Shown piece by piece: positions 11,791 through 23,847 of a stretch of DNA of 61,173 bases. Below the pieces are notes generated by a model that did no database searches, was not told where the DNA came from, and saw only the letters and a list, made by a program, of their open reading frames with translations. The stretch spans positions 682,670 to 743,842 of the forward strand of contig NW_019091362.1 in the NCBI RefSeq assembly GCF_001949145.1, given 5' to 3'. Source of the DNA: Acanthaster planci. Taxonomy: Eukaryota. Position numbers and translations under genes: made by a program. How positions within the stretch are numbered: the stretch's first letter is position 1; each line of letters opens with the position of its first letter.

Positions 11791-14700
11791 TAAAGTCTGT
11801 GAACACAAACCCTTTGAGTTCTACATTTTTTTACAAAAGCACAATAGAAAATCAACGTTCTAAGGCCTTAAGAAACTTAAATATGAGCGAAACAAAAGAA
11901 AGGGGAAAAATAAAAGACTCATAGGCCTATGAATGTCTACATAACAATAACAATCTTGCCCTTTGGACTTCTATGTATGCTCAGTAACTAACAACTTTTC
12001 ATAAAGACAAAACACTTAGCTTACCTCGAGCTGTGAGGTGTCTGCATAGCCATACTTCTCGTGGATGTGTACCAGCAATTTCCCATCCCAGTTGTGAGCG
12101 TCCATGATCTTACGGATGTATTTGGCCCAGCTACCGCACTCCTCAGGCATACAGGTGCCTTTGGCCTCCTCGAACAGCAAACCAAAGGGACGGACATCCT
12201 CGGGCATCTTGGCCAAGAACTTGACCATCTGGAAGGCCGGGACGGGCACTGTGTGCATGATATCGGTCAGATCTCGCAAGTTGACCAGGACTTTGGCGTC
12301 TCGATTCAGGTTGTCGTACACCCACAAGATCCACTTCTCGACCAGCGCGCACAGGTCCTTCATGCTGAAGCGGCTGAAGTCGTACACCGCATCGGCCGAA
12401 GTCCACCTCTAAGATCGCGTTCCAAAGCCCCGTCTCCTTCATCTTGCACAATCCTACGGGGACGGTCTCTGTGTCTGGAATCCTATCTTTTGTGCCTTTG
12501 AATAAAGAATAAAAATAAGTATGGTGGCATGTTTCCATTTTAATATTTTGTGCCCAAACCCCGAAAGCCTTTGCTTATGAATGTTTTTTGCTTGTCTCCT
12601 CTGCCTTGCTTTGATCATAATGACTGAGATGGATCTTGATTTACATTAGGATTGTGTTATACGTAAAGAGGTGTCTTTAGTTAGGATAGGTTTGTTGGTT
12701 AGATTGGAATGAGTTAAAACCCAAACAGTGCGATTGGCTGGATTTGAACTTCACAATATCACACCTACCTGCAGTTACCTCAGAGAAAGCATACAGCCCT
12801 CTAGGGTTCTCGCCTTGTTGCACCAGCTTCTTCACGAAGATGTCATCCACGCGTGTCATGTGCGAGAACGCGGCAACGATGATGTCGCTGAATCCACACC
12901 GTTTGACTTCATCGAACACCCGCCACTTGTCCTCCAGAGTATGCCCCCGTAACTGCCCCACGGTGCTCTCACGGATCGAGTTATCCAGGACGAACAAGTC
13001 CATGTCACGCAAACGGTTGCACTTTTGGATTTCTTTGTCAACATAAGCGGTGTAATCTACCGCGAGTTTGTCCATGCTCTGAACATGCTTTGTGTAAAAA
13101 TCAGTCATAAATTTTTCCACGCTCTCCATTTTGTTCTTGAGAAACTGGAGGTAAACAATAACTGTGTTAAAAGTGGGCCATTTCATGTGCTTTCAGATGA
13201 ATCGGCTATGATGACGCCAACGGGCGTTCTCCACATAGCGTACTTACGAACAGTGTTCTGAGATTACTTTTTACGAACGCCAAGTGCAAAAGCAATACAG
13301 CTGGGCAACGATTCGAGATGGCAGTAGCCTTATTAGAAAACTGAATAACAATTTGGTATTTATGGATTGCATATATGATGTTGGTATTTATGGATGGATT
13401 CATCCATCATTTACACTGTAAAAAAATTGTGTACCCGAACAGTTGTTTTTCTGTTGAAAATGTCAATAAACAACAGGAGATATTACTGTTTTCGGAGTAT
13501 TCTGTAAATAAACCGTTCCACTCTGTTCACTTGCCACACATTTTTTCTAGTCTCCTTTGTTCGGTTACAGACAGATTAGATTAAACTTCTGTCCTGGAAC
13601 AATAAACGTCATGTTATTAGCAAGCTGTCTGTCCCTTTTCTGTTCATACAAAGTAACATCACTGTTTCCTGAGAGATATTCCTCCCTTGTTGTACAAGAA
13701 TTCATGCAGGCTGCATACAGCCAATGAGAACCGAGGACAAAAATAAGTAAAGCTTGGCACCCACGTAGTGATGCAGGTAAAATTCAACAGTGGCTAACAA
13801 GAAACCTCTGGATACCTGTTTATTAAAAAAATGCCCTCGACTGACAAACACAGTTGTTTTCTAAACCCGACAACCGCACTTTTCCAATAGCAGTCGTACA
13901 ACAGTAGAATATCTTGTTAGTATACAGAGAAAAATTGACAGTGGAATGTACTGTACCAAAAAGCAACTTCAGTAATGCCATTTGACAATAGAATCTATTG
14001 GTATTTAACAGACAATTTTTAACAGGGATATTTAAACCCCAAAAGAGATATTCACATAATATTGTATAAATTGGTAAAGTTATACACATAAATTTCTCAC
14101 GACCATGTATTTAACCGAACGATTTAATTTTCCGTATCGCGAATGCTTTCAATTTTATGCAAGAAAACTAACGTTAGGCGTAATTATGTGCCTCAGTCCG
14201 CTATCTTTGCTCTTGACGTTCTCCACTCCACCGTAAGCAAGGAGAGAAAGTCCAACCTCTTGTCGTTCAACGTTCGTGCTTTGCAAGAAAGCCGGGGGTT
14301 TCGAATACGTCCAGTACGTCAGTACAGTGGCGTATCCCGTAGGGGGATATATGAAACATGTATAATTATGGAAATGTTTGCGGTAACACCATGCAAGAAT
14401 ATCTCTTTTATGAGTATGTGTGGTTCTGAAAAGAACCGGAGGGTACTCAACATTAGTACTCTGTCGGTCGTTGGAAGACTGCAGAGATCCCAGCTGCTTC
14501 AACATTGGGAATTCATATTCGTTCCACTAATATGGCCTTTTCTAGGTCTTATGTAAAATCTAACTTTTCAACAAAAAAGTTTGAAGGTGAATCTTGAGAC
14601 AGTTTTTTTGTCCAGTCGACGGAACTTTGTACAGAACTTTGGCGGCCGGGTTCTTACAAAAAGTGAGCAGCATAGGAAGGGAAAAGTTTTCAAGGGCAAT

Positions 14701-15407
14701 AACGCGGATAAAGGCTCTGAACATTTTTTTCTCGTTTTTCTTTCTTTTCGTGTTTTAAATATGGAAGAAGAATCACACACAACGCCTTAAAATAAAAAAC
14801 CGACGGCACTAACTTTTCCAGTGCTCCTATATTGATCACTCGTGACGCAAAATAGATTTACTGTCAACTAAAAAGAAAATCACGCACAGGTACACATCCT
14901 ATGTGCATCGATGAGTTTAAAAGTTGACTGTACTTACTGGTAAAAGGCAGCAGAGATTGCACCGAAGAATGGTGATAGATAGTCTTGAATGCTCACAAAC
15001 AGAGTGGAATGACAGAAACGAAACTGAACGGCAAAGCTATAAAAAATGTGTGTGCACCAAAATGAATAGGAATGTCAGAATCGGAAAAAAAGAAACCCCA
15101 AAGGAAGCAAACCCGTAGGATCTGTGCGAATGTGACTACCAGTACGTTTAATTGGAAGGGAAAACCCACAGTAATCATTGCAATTAATCGTACAATTCGT
15201 TAGACAAATAATTACCTTTGCGTGTATATGTAAAGCTTTGATTGCTGGGGATTTTCACATGAGACATGAGAGAGAAGAAAGTTTAGTTTTGTTTGCTACA
15301 TAGCCCAAATTCCTCGCATTCCCAGTCTCTCTACCTTTGTGCTTTTACTTTTTGTTGAGCACTGGACCATTACCCATAAAAGCGCGCGTCTTTGCCCACG
15401 TCTTTGC

Positions 15408-15575
15408 TGGGGAAGTGGGTTAGCGTAGCGGCTCTTTCCTCGGTTTGCACCAATGCGGCCCCGGTTCGAGTCCCGGCTTAGCCCAGGCTTTAAGTGCATT
15501 TGGTTTCAAGTCCATAGTCGCTCTCGCAGGTTTTCTCCGGGTACTCCGGTTTCCTCCTGCCTCTAAAAAGTGGGA
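15408..15575 (+). mobile_element. tRNA-derived SINE with V-SINE-like core
   Basis: B-box GGTTCGAGTCCC (~15463) followed by the V-domain-like ggttttctccgggtactccggtttcctcc. Confidence 0.65.
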
Positions 15576-15689
15576 CCTTCTTCCTGACTCTGTAATGTGA
15601 TGCTGATTAATAAAGTGAATGAATAAACGTACACTTGGTGGAGATAGCCTGAGTTGCTGAAAGCGCCATTAAAACCAAACATCAACAAC

Positions 15690-18600
15690 ACGTCTTTACT
15701 TCAGGCTCACGCAGTCGCTGAATATCCGTCGCTGTTTCTCTTTTACTTCATGTGTTGCAGAATTCCCACCCTCCCCCTACAATTCTGCTTTTCTGGGTTT
15801 TTTTCTTACAGGCATGTCGAGCTTTAACTGCTGCAACTGCAGCAACCCGTGCCGTTGGTCCAGATTCTGTCTACTCAAGTACTCCAATGCCGCACGTTAT
15901 GAAGAGCTGCCAGAGACATCCCCAGTCAATTTGCACTGCCCTTCCGCCCCTTTACTCCTTCCATCTTCGCTGCAACCTCAGAACTCGGCAAAGAACCTCA
16001 AGCATCCTCCAAGTCTTACAAAGCTGACAAATTTTCCGACATAATACAGGTACATTGTGATCGCTATCCTGGTTTAAATTCATACACTATCAACGTCAAA
16101 GGTAGACTCAAGTTGCATTCTGATTTTTGGGTGAGTATTGGTGTACCGAATATGATTCTGTCCATCATAAGGGATGGTCTTGTGTTATGGTTTTCAGAAG
16201 AACCTCCATCATATTTCCTCCCAAATTACGCTTCAGCTCTCCATAATTACGGTTTTGTCACAGACTCGGTTACCGATCTCTTGGCTTCAAATAAAATCAT
16301 CGAGATAGGGGGCCCCCACTTATGTCACTAGCCCTCTTTCAGTGGATTGTCAAGCCTCGAATAAAAAGCGTCTGATTTTAGATCTGAGTCGGTTGAATAA
16401 CTTTATCACAAAATATTGTTTCAAATTCGAAGATTGGAAGATTACCTTGCACTATTTTGAGCCAAATGTTCTATTATTTTTATTCGGTCTCTAATCCGGC
16501 TATCATCATGTTGACATTCATCCTCCATTTCTAAAATATTTAGGCTTTTCCCGGATTATAGGTGGCATTTAGAAGTATTTTCAGTTCACAGTTTTGCCGT
16601 TTGGACTAACTTCTGCTCCTTTAGTTTTCACAAAGCTAATGAAGCCCTTGTTTCTCATTGTCGTTCATGAGGCATCTCCATCGTATTGTATTTGGATGAT
16701 GGCTTAGTTGTTGTTCCCCGTTCCAATTATTCTCCTTCTGAGCAGTCTAAATTAGCCGCCGATATATCGCTTCATGTAGAATCGATCTCTTGAAAGCTGG
16801 TTTCGTTTATAGCATTAACAAAAGTAAACAAAAATAAATGGAACCCTTCCTCATCCATTGTTTGGTTAGGCATGTCTTGGGATGCTACCAGTGGAATTCT
16901 TAAGGTTTTGGATCGTAGTGTTCACAAACTTCAATCGGCTATTGTTTCCTTACAATCACCCCCCAATTGTCTGATCAGGAATTTACATTCTGTAGTTGGG
17001 CAGATTATTTCTTTATCTCTTGTAGTCGGTAATGTCAGTAGAGTAATCTTCAGCAATTGTCAAATCACCATAGCGATAGCTAAAGATGAGGATAAGATCA
17101 TCAGACTTAATAATTCTTGTCTATTTGAGCTTGAATTCTTGCACAAGAATGTTTCTCGTTTAAACCGACGTTTTCTATTTCCCCAAATGAACAAAGTCAT
17201 CTGCTCAGACGCCAGTTATTTCGCCTCGGGAGCGGTTATTTGCAGTAATGGTCACATGGCTCGTAAAAACGTTTCCTCAGATGACAAATCAAAATGTTCA
17301 ACTTGGCGGTAGTTGGAAACTGTGTTATTTTCGTTACGTTCTTTCTTGCCATTGACCGCGAAATCTCTCGTCAAAGTTTTCACAGATAATAAGGCGGCTT
17401 CCAAAATAATTGAAGTTGGCAGTATGAAACCTCATCTCCAGTCTTTGGCTTTGGATATTTTGATTTTTGCTTAGAAAACTAACTCTATCTCGAAATTGAA
17501 TGGATTCCCTTGTCTTAATGGGCAAGCCGATTTTAACGAGCAAGCAAATTATTATAAGTTGATGATTGGGGTCTTTCTGATCATTTTTTTCAACTCCATC
17601 ATCGATAGGTCGAGTCCCTTAACCGTCGACTGTTTCGCTTCCTACTATGATGCAAAATTTCCTCGTTTCTTTTCCAGATTTAGGAATCCGGGGGCCGAAG
17701 CCATTGACGCTTTTGCGCAAGACTGGTCCGCTGAAAAGGTTTTATTAGTTCCTCCGGTTTCCTTAATTCCACAGGTTCTTTTCATTTACGTTCTTGCACA
17801 GGAACCGGTGTTCTGGTTTTCCATGGTGGCCGTCCAGCCCTTTTGACCTTTATTATGGACAATCTTCAAGCCCTTCATAGTAGACAGGATTACAGTGCCT
17901 GGAAATTTGTACCTAATTCACGGAGGAAGTAAACATTCTTCGCTTGGCTCATCTGAATTTGAGAGTCTGGTGGGCGCCGTCAAAATTCTGATTGTTGTAT
18001 ATAGTGTCCGGTAATGCTATCCTTTGTTTTTATACAGATCGTTCTCCAGCAACCTTTTTGGCTAGAATTTCCACCTGCAATTTCCGGTCGTAAGGAGCAA
18101 TTGTTGTATGAGGCTATTGCTTCCAAGTCGGAGGGTACGTGCAATTCATATTTTCACAGGTGTCGACTTTTTATAAAATGGTTGGTTAAGAATAGATTTC
18201 GTCTTTCGTTTCCAATAAGGGAAGATGTTTTGGCAGTTTATTTTTCTGAAATCAAGTCCAGGTCCAATTCTGATAGTGTCGTTGCAACAACTGCTGGTGC
18301 CATCAAATGGCTTCACTCCTTAATGAATGTTTACACATCAATCATGTAGATTCTCCCCTTGTTCAACAAATGCTGATTAGTTTCAGAAAAGATCTTCACC
18401 ACCCTCCGGCTCAAAAGGTTCCTTTAACTTTGGAGCAACTTAAGAAAATATTGAACATCTTTGCCAAAGACGATTGTTCTCTTATGCAGTTTCGTCCTGC
18501 ATGTTATGTGTGTATTAAGTATGCTTTTTTATTAAGACATAATGAAATTACAGAAATGTAATGCAATCGTATTACGGTTCTTCTCAACAGCAAAGGTTTT

Positions 18601-19190
18601 AAGATTTTCATTCCTAAATCCAAAAACTGATAAGTTCAGGCAGGTTAACGTGGCGTTTATTCCGTTTTCTCAAGAGAGTCATTCGCCATTTTGTATTTTG
18701 CTAAGGTTTTTGCACAGACCCGGTATAGGTATTGGGGACGACGAGTTTATTTTTACCCCCCTTACATTTTGTTCTTCCACCAAATCTTCCAAGCGTACTC
18801 GGAACAAACCACTAACGTACACTAGGTGCAGAGAATTGTTTTTAGATGCTCTAAAATCAATTGATATCTACGAAAAAGGCCAATCTTTGACAACCTCTCA
18901 GTGGTGCAGTTTATTACGAATTATCCGTATTCAAAGGACAGAGTCAAGGTTAACTTCGCAGGTTCAACTTAAACATTTCTTTTACTTGTTTCTATTTATT
19001 TTGGCCTGAAATTTGTTGTAATTTGATACCTTGTTACGTCATCAATTACTTGTAATTTTAATATGAAAGGGCTGCGTAGCACCGTGATCAGAATATTCAC
19101 AAGAATATAATATATAATTAGTTTTCTGAAATATATATTTGCAATATATTTCAGAGCGCTCATTATATGTTACATTCTTGTAATTTTAAT
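15690..19190 (+). mobile_element. DIRS-like tyrosine-recombinase retrotransposon, degenerate (element 1)
   Basis: Degenerate CCHC knuckle (~15830), RT (VKGRLK..FW, LPFGL, LYLDDG ~16690), RNase H (ICSDAS, STWR), methyltransferase-like block (VDCFASYYDAKFPRFFSRF..IDAFAQDW..LVPP), YR (18038-18870, LLRHNE; truncated before HSLR). Many stops and frameshifts. Confidence 0.88.
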
Positions 19191-19447
19191 ACCTGGTAAG
19201 TCATTGTGACGTCACAAAAGCACGCACATCTTGACTTAATGTTTCTTTAGTATTACGTTTCACATTAATTTCCTAAACCATTTAAACCATAGGCCCCCAC
19301 CTACTGCTGTATTCATGTGAAGGGTTTCTAAGCATTTAAAACATACCTGAATGTCTTTAAAATATATTCAAGTATCTGCCTTGATTGGCTGGCTGGTGTG
19401 GCTCGCATGTTCGTTTGTTTGCTTTTAGTGGATTTTTTTTTTTACAG

Positions 19448-19752
19448 AGGTGATGATTTCCTCTTTATTTTAGAACCATACAACTCCCACACGCAAATGC
19501 CTTTCAAACTTCTCAGAGAAATGAACTTTGTGTGGACGGATCCATTTACGTCTTCGCAAGTTGCACTGTATGCTTGCTGGGCAAAGCTTTTAGAGCATTC
19601 GCCGACCCTTCTACTGATTCCTTCCGGGTGAACCTAACAATGCAAACGGGGAAGACTGTATGGAGATCAAGTGGAGAAAATGGAACGACCTGAAGTGCAA
19701 CTTGCCCCAGCCATTCATCTGCAAAATGTGGCCTTCTTACGAAGAAAAGTGA
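19448..19752 (+). pseudogene. Degenerate C-type lectin domain exon
   Basis: After a poly-T/acag acceptor: ..EMNFVWTD.., then in another frame *FLPGEPNNANGEDCMEIKWRKWNDLKCNLPQPFICK..*; EPN, WND and C..FIC CTLD motifs are present. Confidence 0.75.
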
Positions 19753-22700
19753 GACTCAAACACAGTGTACCTTAGCCCCGAAAGTGGGAAATCTCGGTAT
19801 TATTGGAATTAACACCATTCGTTACATACTTTCAAGGGTTATTTGATTGTTCTCCCAGTGGCAACGCGTGGAATGCTCCTTTCTTTACGGTCCCTCTTAT
19901 CGGATTCACTAGCTGGGATTTATTCATCCTCTGAATTTTCGTGAGGGGAATCGTTGTTCTGATTGTTCGTAACCAGTGTTGCATAGGCTTGCAGGCCAGT
20001 ATACAGAATTGAAGTTGCTGAAGCCCAAGGCAAAGTCACGTTTTCCCATTTGAAGTGCCTGGACCGGTTTTTGTGCGAGTCACGTCCATTATTGTGCATG
20101 TACATGTACATGAACTTGCCAGTCGCGAAGGGATTGAGGTCAGGCTCCCGAAAACAACCACCTCGGTTAACTGAGGAGCTCACTGGGCCGAATAACTGAC
20201 CGCAGTGAATGAGCCGTATTCCCGAAAAAAAACCCACCATTTTAAGCGTCCCAGACTGATGACGAGTGCTCTAGACGAGGTTTGACTAGGCTAGTGTTTT
20301 ATAAGATCTTCGCATATGCGTCTGCCGTAAACGGCTACGGCCGAAGAGTATGTGTCAACACTCTGCTGTAAAGTAGTCCGCACAATAAGCAATGCACTAC
20401 ATGTGCTGTGGGTTATTGCTATATTTGTAAAGAACCTTTACTAATTTTGTATAGGATATTGGACTACAGTATACACCTTCACGAAACCATGCACGTACCG
20501 GTAGCCTGTATTATTTCAGTTAAGAGTTGAAAAGGTCAACAATTGAGCTTGCATGTCAAGCCTCTCTTTTGTGTGGACTAACGGCCATTATGATGGATCC
20601 TTTGTGAGAGTGGTATAATTCTTGCCATTTCCCCAAATGGATTTGAATTCTCTGATAGGTTGCAATGAGAATTTTAACCCCCGCACCCCACAGCAGTGCC
20701 GTATCGGGGGAGTTCCTCCCTTATGGTAAGACAAAATTAACCTCTGCAACACAGTAATATCAGCAACTGACTTCGTTTTCCCACACCAACTTCATACCGT
20801 TTTATTTGTCCACCGACGATTTGTTTAAAATTGCGAGCTATTGGTCATTCAAATCCAACATAACTTACGATTACGCTACTTTTGTCCCATTTACTACATT
20901 ATTCATCAAGTCTTAAATTTATATACGATTTTAACACAGGCCTATCCTAAAGGTGTGATTTAGGGTATAAAATATTTTGTAACCATTGCTTAATTAAATT
21001 TACCCAATAACTGATACGGTGAAAATACCAAAAGGAAAAAACGAACAAAACAGACCTGAATTTAATGACTTACCATTGATACGTGTAATAATGATAATGT
21101 TACTGAGTATAAGCAAAAGGGTAGTTGAGATTTTCATAAACTGAGTAATTTATTAATCTCAACTGATTTAAAGACCACTATATCATGAATTTTGGCATAA
21201 AATAATTCTACCTTCACCTACACATATTTGATAATCAAATCAACCTCGTGAATTTTTGGCATCTTTTTATCCTATTGAAAAAAGACTTTGATCCGACATC
21301 ATATAATGAAATTATTTCTTTTACAATGTGGCACCCTATGCTGTCGCTAATTTTGAATTAATTGTTTTGCTGGTTAAACTATGCCAATATTGTTGCATTT
21401 TCAATCCTACAACGGCGTTACATTTACATGTGTATGCGTTTTCCTGCGTTTTCTGTTTGAAAGTCTGTTTTCTGTTTGATTGTCTTTTGTTTGGTAAAAC
21501 GACATATTTGTGAGTGAGCTTGACCCGAAAAACAATTTATCTGGGAGATCTCTGGGCAAACAAGACCGTAAACGTGAATTGGTGTGACTGGGAGTATAAA
21601 GTGAAAGTTAGCTGTAACTGTTATGAACTAATTCTCCAATTAATATAAACCGACTAAGTGGTAACAAAGTCATGAATAATGCATCANNNNNNNNNNNNNN
21701 NNNNNNNNNNNNNNNNNNNNNNNNNNNNNNNNNNNNNNNNNNNNNNNNNNNNNNNNNNNNNNNNNNNNNNNNNNNNNNNNNNNNNNNNNNNNNNNNNNNN
21801 NNNNNNNNNNNNNNNNNNNNNNNNNNNNNNNNNNNNNNNNNNNNNNNNNNNNNNNNNNNNNNNNNNNNNNNNNNNNNNNNNNNNNNNNNNNNNNNNNNNN
21901 NNNNNNNNNNNNNNNNNNNNNNNNNNNNNNNNNNNNNNNNNNNNNNNNNNNNNNNNNNNNNNNNNNNNNNNNNNNNNNNNNNNNNNNNNNNNNNNNNNNN
22001 NNNNNNNNNNNNNNNNNNNNNNNNNNNNNNNNNNNNNNNNNNNNNNNNNNNNNNNNNNNNNNNNNNNNNNNNNNNNNNNNNNNNNNNNNNNNNNNNNNNN
22101 NNNNNNNNNNNNNNNNNNNNNNNNNNNNNNNNNNNNNNNNNNNNNNNNNNNNNNNNNNNNNNNNNNNNNNNNNNNNNNNNNNNNNNNNNNNNNNNNNNNN
22201 NNNNNNNNNNNNTGCAGCGCCCACTTCAGGTAGACCAAGAACTCGCTCCAGTCTACCTGTCCGTCTGCATCCATATCAATAGCCTGCAGAGCTTGTCTAG
22301 TATCGGAGCACCGATAGCAGGCGAAGTATGGTGCCATGAAGCCGTTGTAGAAAGAGTCGTACTGCAGCATCTCGTCTCCTTGCACCTCATCCTTCAGGTC
22401 CCAGGTGTCCCAGATCTTTCGGACTTCGTCGAGCATCATCTCTGAATGGGTGTCGTTCATCTCCATTTTCTCTATCATGTCTCGCATCTTCTCAGTAAGT
22501 TTGCCTCCAGCACGATCAAAGAGGAGAGCCACTCCGACCAGACTCATGTACTCCTCCTTCCTAGAGGGAGTGGTGCAAGTTTGAATACAGCACAGTCAGC
22601 GTCATAACATACTCTTTGGTCATGACAGGTCTCCGGCCAAATGCTTGAAGAGACCAGATTGCTAGGGCAAGTGCTTAGCCTGGTACATGCATTTCAACAC

Positions 22701-23629
22701 TTGTAATGTAACTTGTATTAGGAACCTTGTATGACTCATGGCTGTAACAGTATTTCGGGATTGATTGATTCTTACTAACGACCCTTTATTATATTATGTG
22801 AGCTTCTTGTGAATTTCCTTCTGTGGTTTGTGATGAATGAATGATTTTCATTCAGCCTATGGTGGCTAACTGACCTATACCAAGAAACGTGAACCCCCAA
22901 GAATTTGGGGTTCCTGTTCCTTAAACAGAATTCCAATGTCTCGTGAAGTTCACTAGGCTAAATGTCTGTGTGCGAAATCACGTCCACTGTTGTGAATGAT
23001 TCCGAATCTATAATTTACCCTACTACATTATTATTATTTTGTTATAATTTTACAGGTTCGCCTCACTTTTGATTCGATGGCTAACTTTAAAATAAGGCCT
23101 GCTGCTACTGCACAAGTAATAGCACGAAGGAATCTGAAATTCTGAAAGCCTACAAATTATGTTTGAGGTTGGGGACTCCTCAAAGTGCGAGCAGAGTCTT
23201 TGTGGCTACTGGGCGAGTTCGCCCAGTGCTCAAACAGAGCACTGGGAAGGGCTGATGGCTTTGCACTGTGATTGGCTACATTGTGTAGGACCTGTGATCA
23301 CGAGGTTATCACTTCCTCTTAGCTTAGCCTTATTTACTTTTTTTGGTTCACCGATGGCAATGTTTTAGCACGAGCAAAGTGTCGGCTATGATAAAACATG
23401 ACCTTGGTACAGTCACAGTGTGGTAGTTTCTCTTCTCACTAAGTTTCACTGATCATGTCTTTAGACGATATATTTCGAATCATTCGTCTTTGATCAATTT
23501 TGCATGAATGAATAAACTGTAGTGAGAGTATTTTCAGCAATGAGGAAGAAAAAGAAAAAAACCGAGCTTGTCGTGGTCGGCTGGCTGGTTGGAATCAATT
23601 GTAGCAGCGGGAACCGCGAACAACTATTT

Positions 23630-23847
23630 CAAGGATGGGTTTGCGCCGGGGAGATGTAAAGTAATTTTGGATTTTTTTTACTAGTGCAGACGTAAGCAGG
23701 AGGTCTTGGTTCGAGTCCCACCCAAGTACGCTTGTGGTCTTTTCACAAGCCTTCGGGGCATACACAGAGCATACAATGTTAAAATACACGTCGAGCAGGG
23801 CAAAATCTTAAATTAATTTACATCTCCCCCGCGCAAATCCGTCCTTG
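23630..23847. mobile_element. TIR-bounded repeat containing a tRNA-like B-box; relatives at ~56531-56750 and ~58618-58720
   Basis: caaggatgggtttgcgccggggagatgtaaa ... tttacatctcccccgcgcaaatccgtccttg inverted ends; internal GGTTCGAGTCCC. Confidence 0.6.

Larger units (their letters stand above)
6286..13129 (-). pseudogene. DRE-TIM (LeuA/homocitrate synthase-like)-EF-hand gene, copy A (exons 1-3; exon 4 not in window)
   Basis: Exons ~13129-12769, 12495-12025 and 6709-6286 with GT/AG borders. Motifs LDNSIRESTVGQ, LLVHIHEKYG, GAAMGNAS, KQPVYG. Lesions: +1 nt at ~12394, 10-bp deletion at 6439/6440 relative to copy B, BEL insertion in intron 3. Confidence 0.8.

Noticed and set aside
12061..12501. 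Plus-strand ORFs repeated at 28251-28691 and 45520-45985
   Set aside because: Antisense shadows of the GC3-rich DRE-TIM exon 2; no independent motifs.
13820..15020. 1.2-kb segment upstream of copy A that is absent in copy B, with 116-137 aa ORFs
   Set aside because: No recognisable protein motif or clear TIR/TSD; probably a decayed repeat or a deletion in B.
21670..22445. Long ORFs in the ORF track spanning X runs (also 4221-4796 and 57150-57624)
   Set aside because: Artefacts of translating N gaps.
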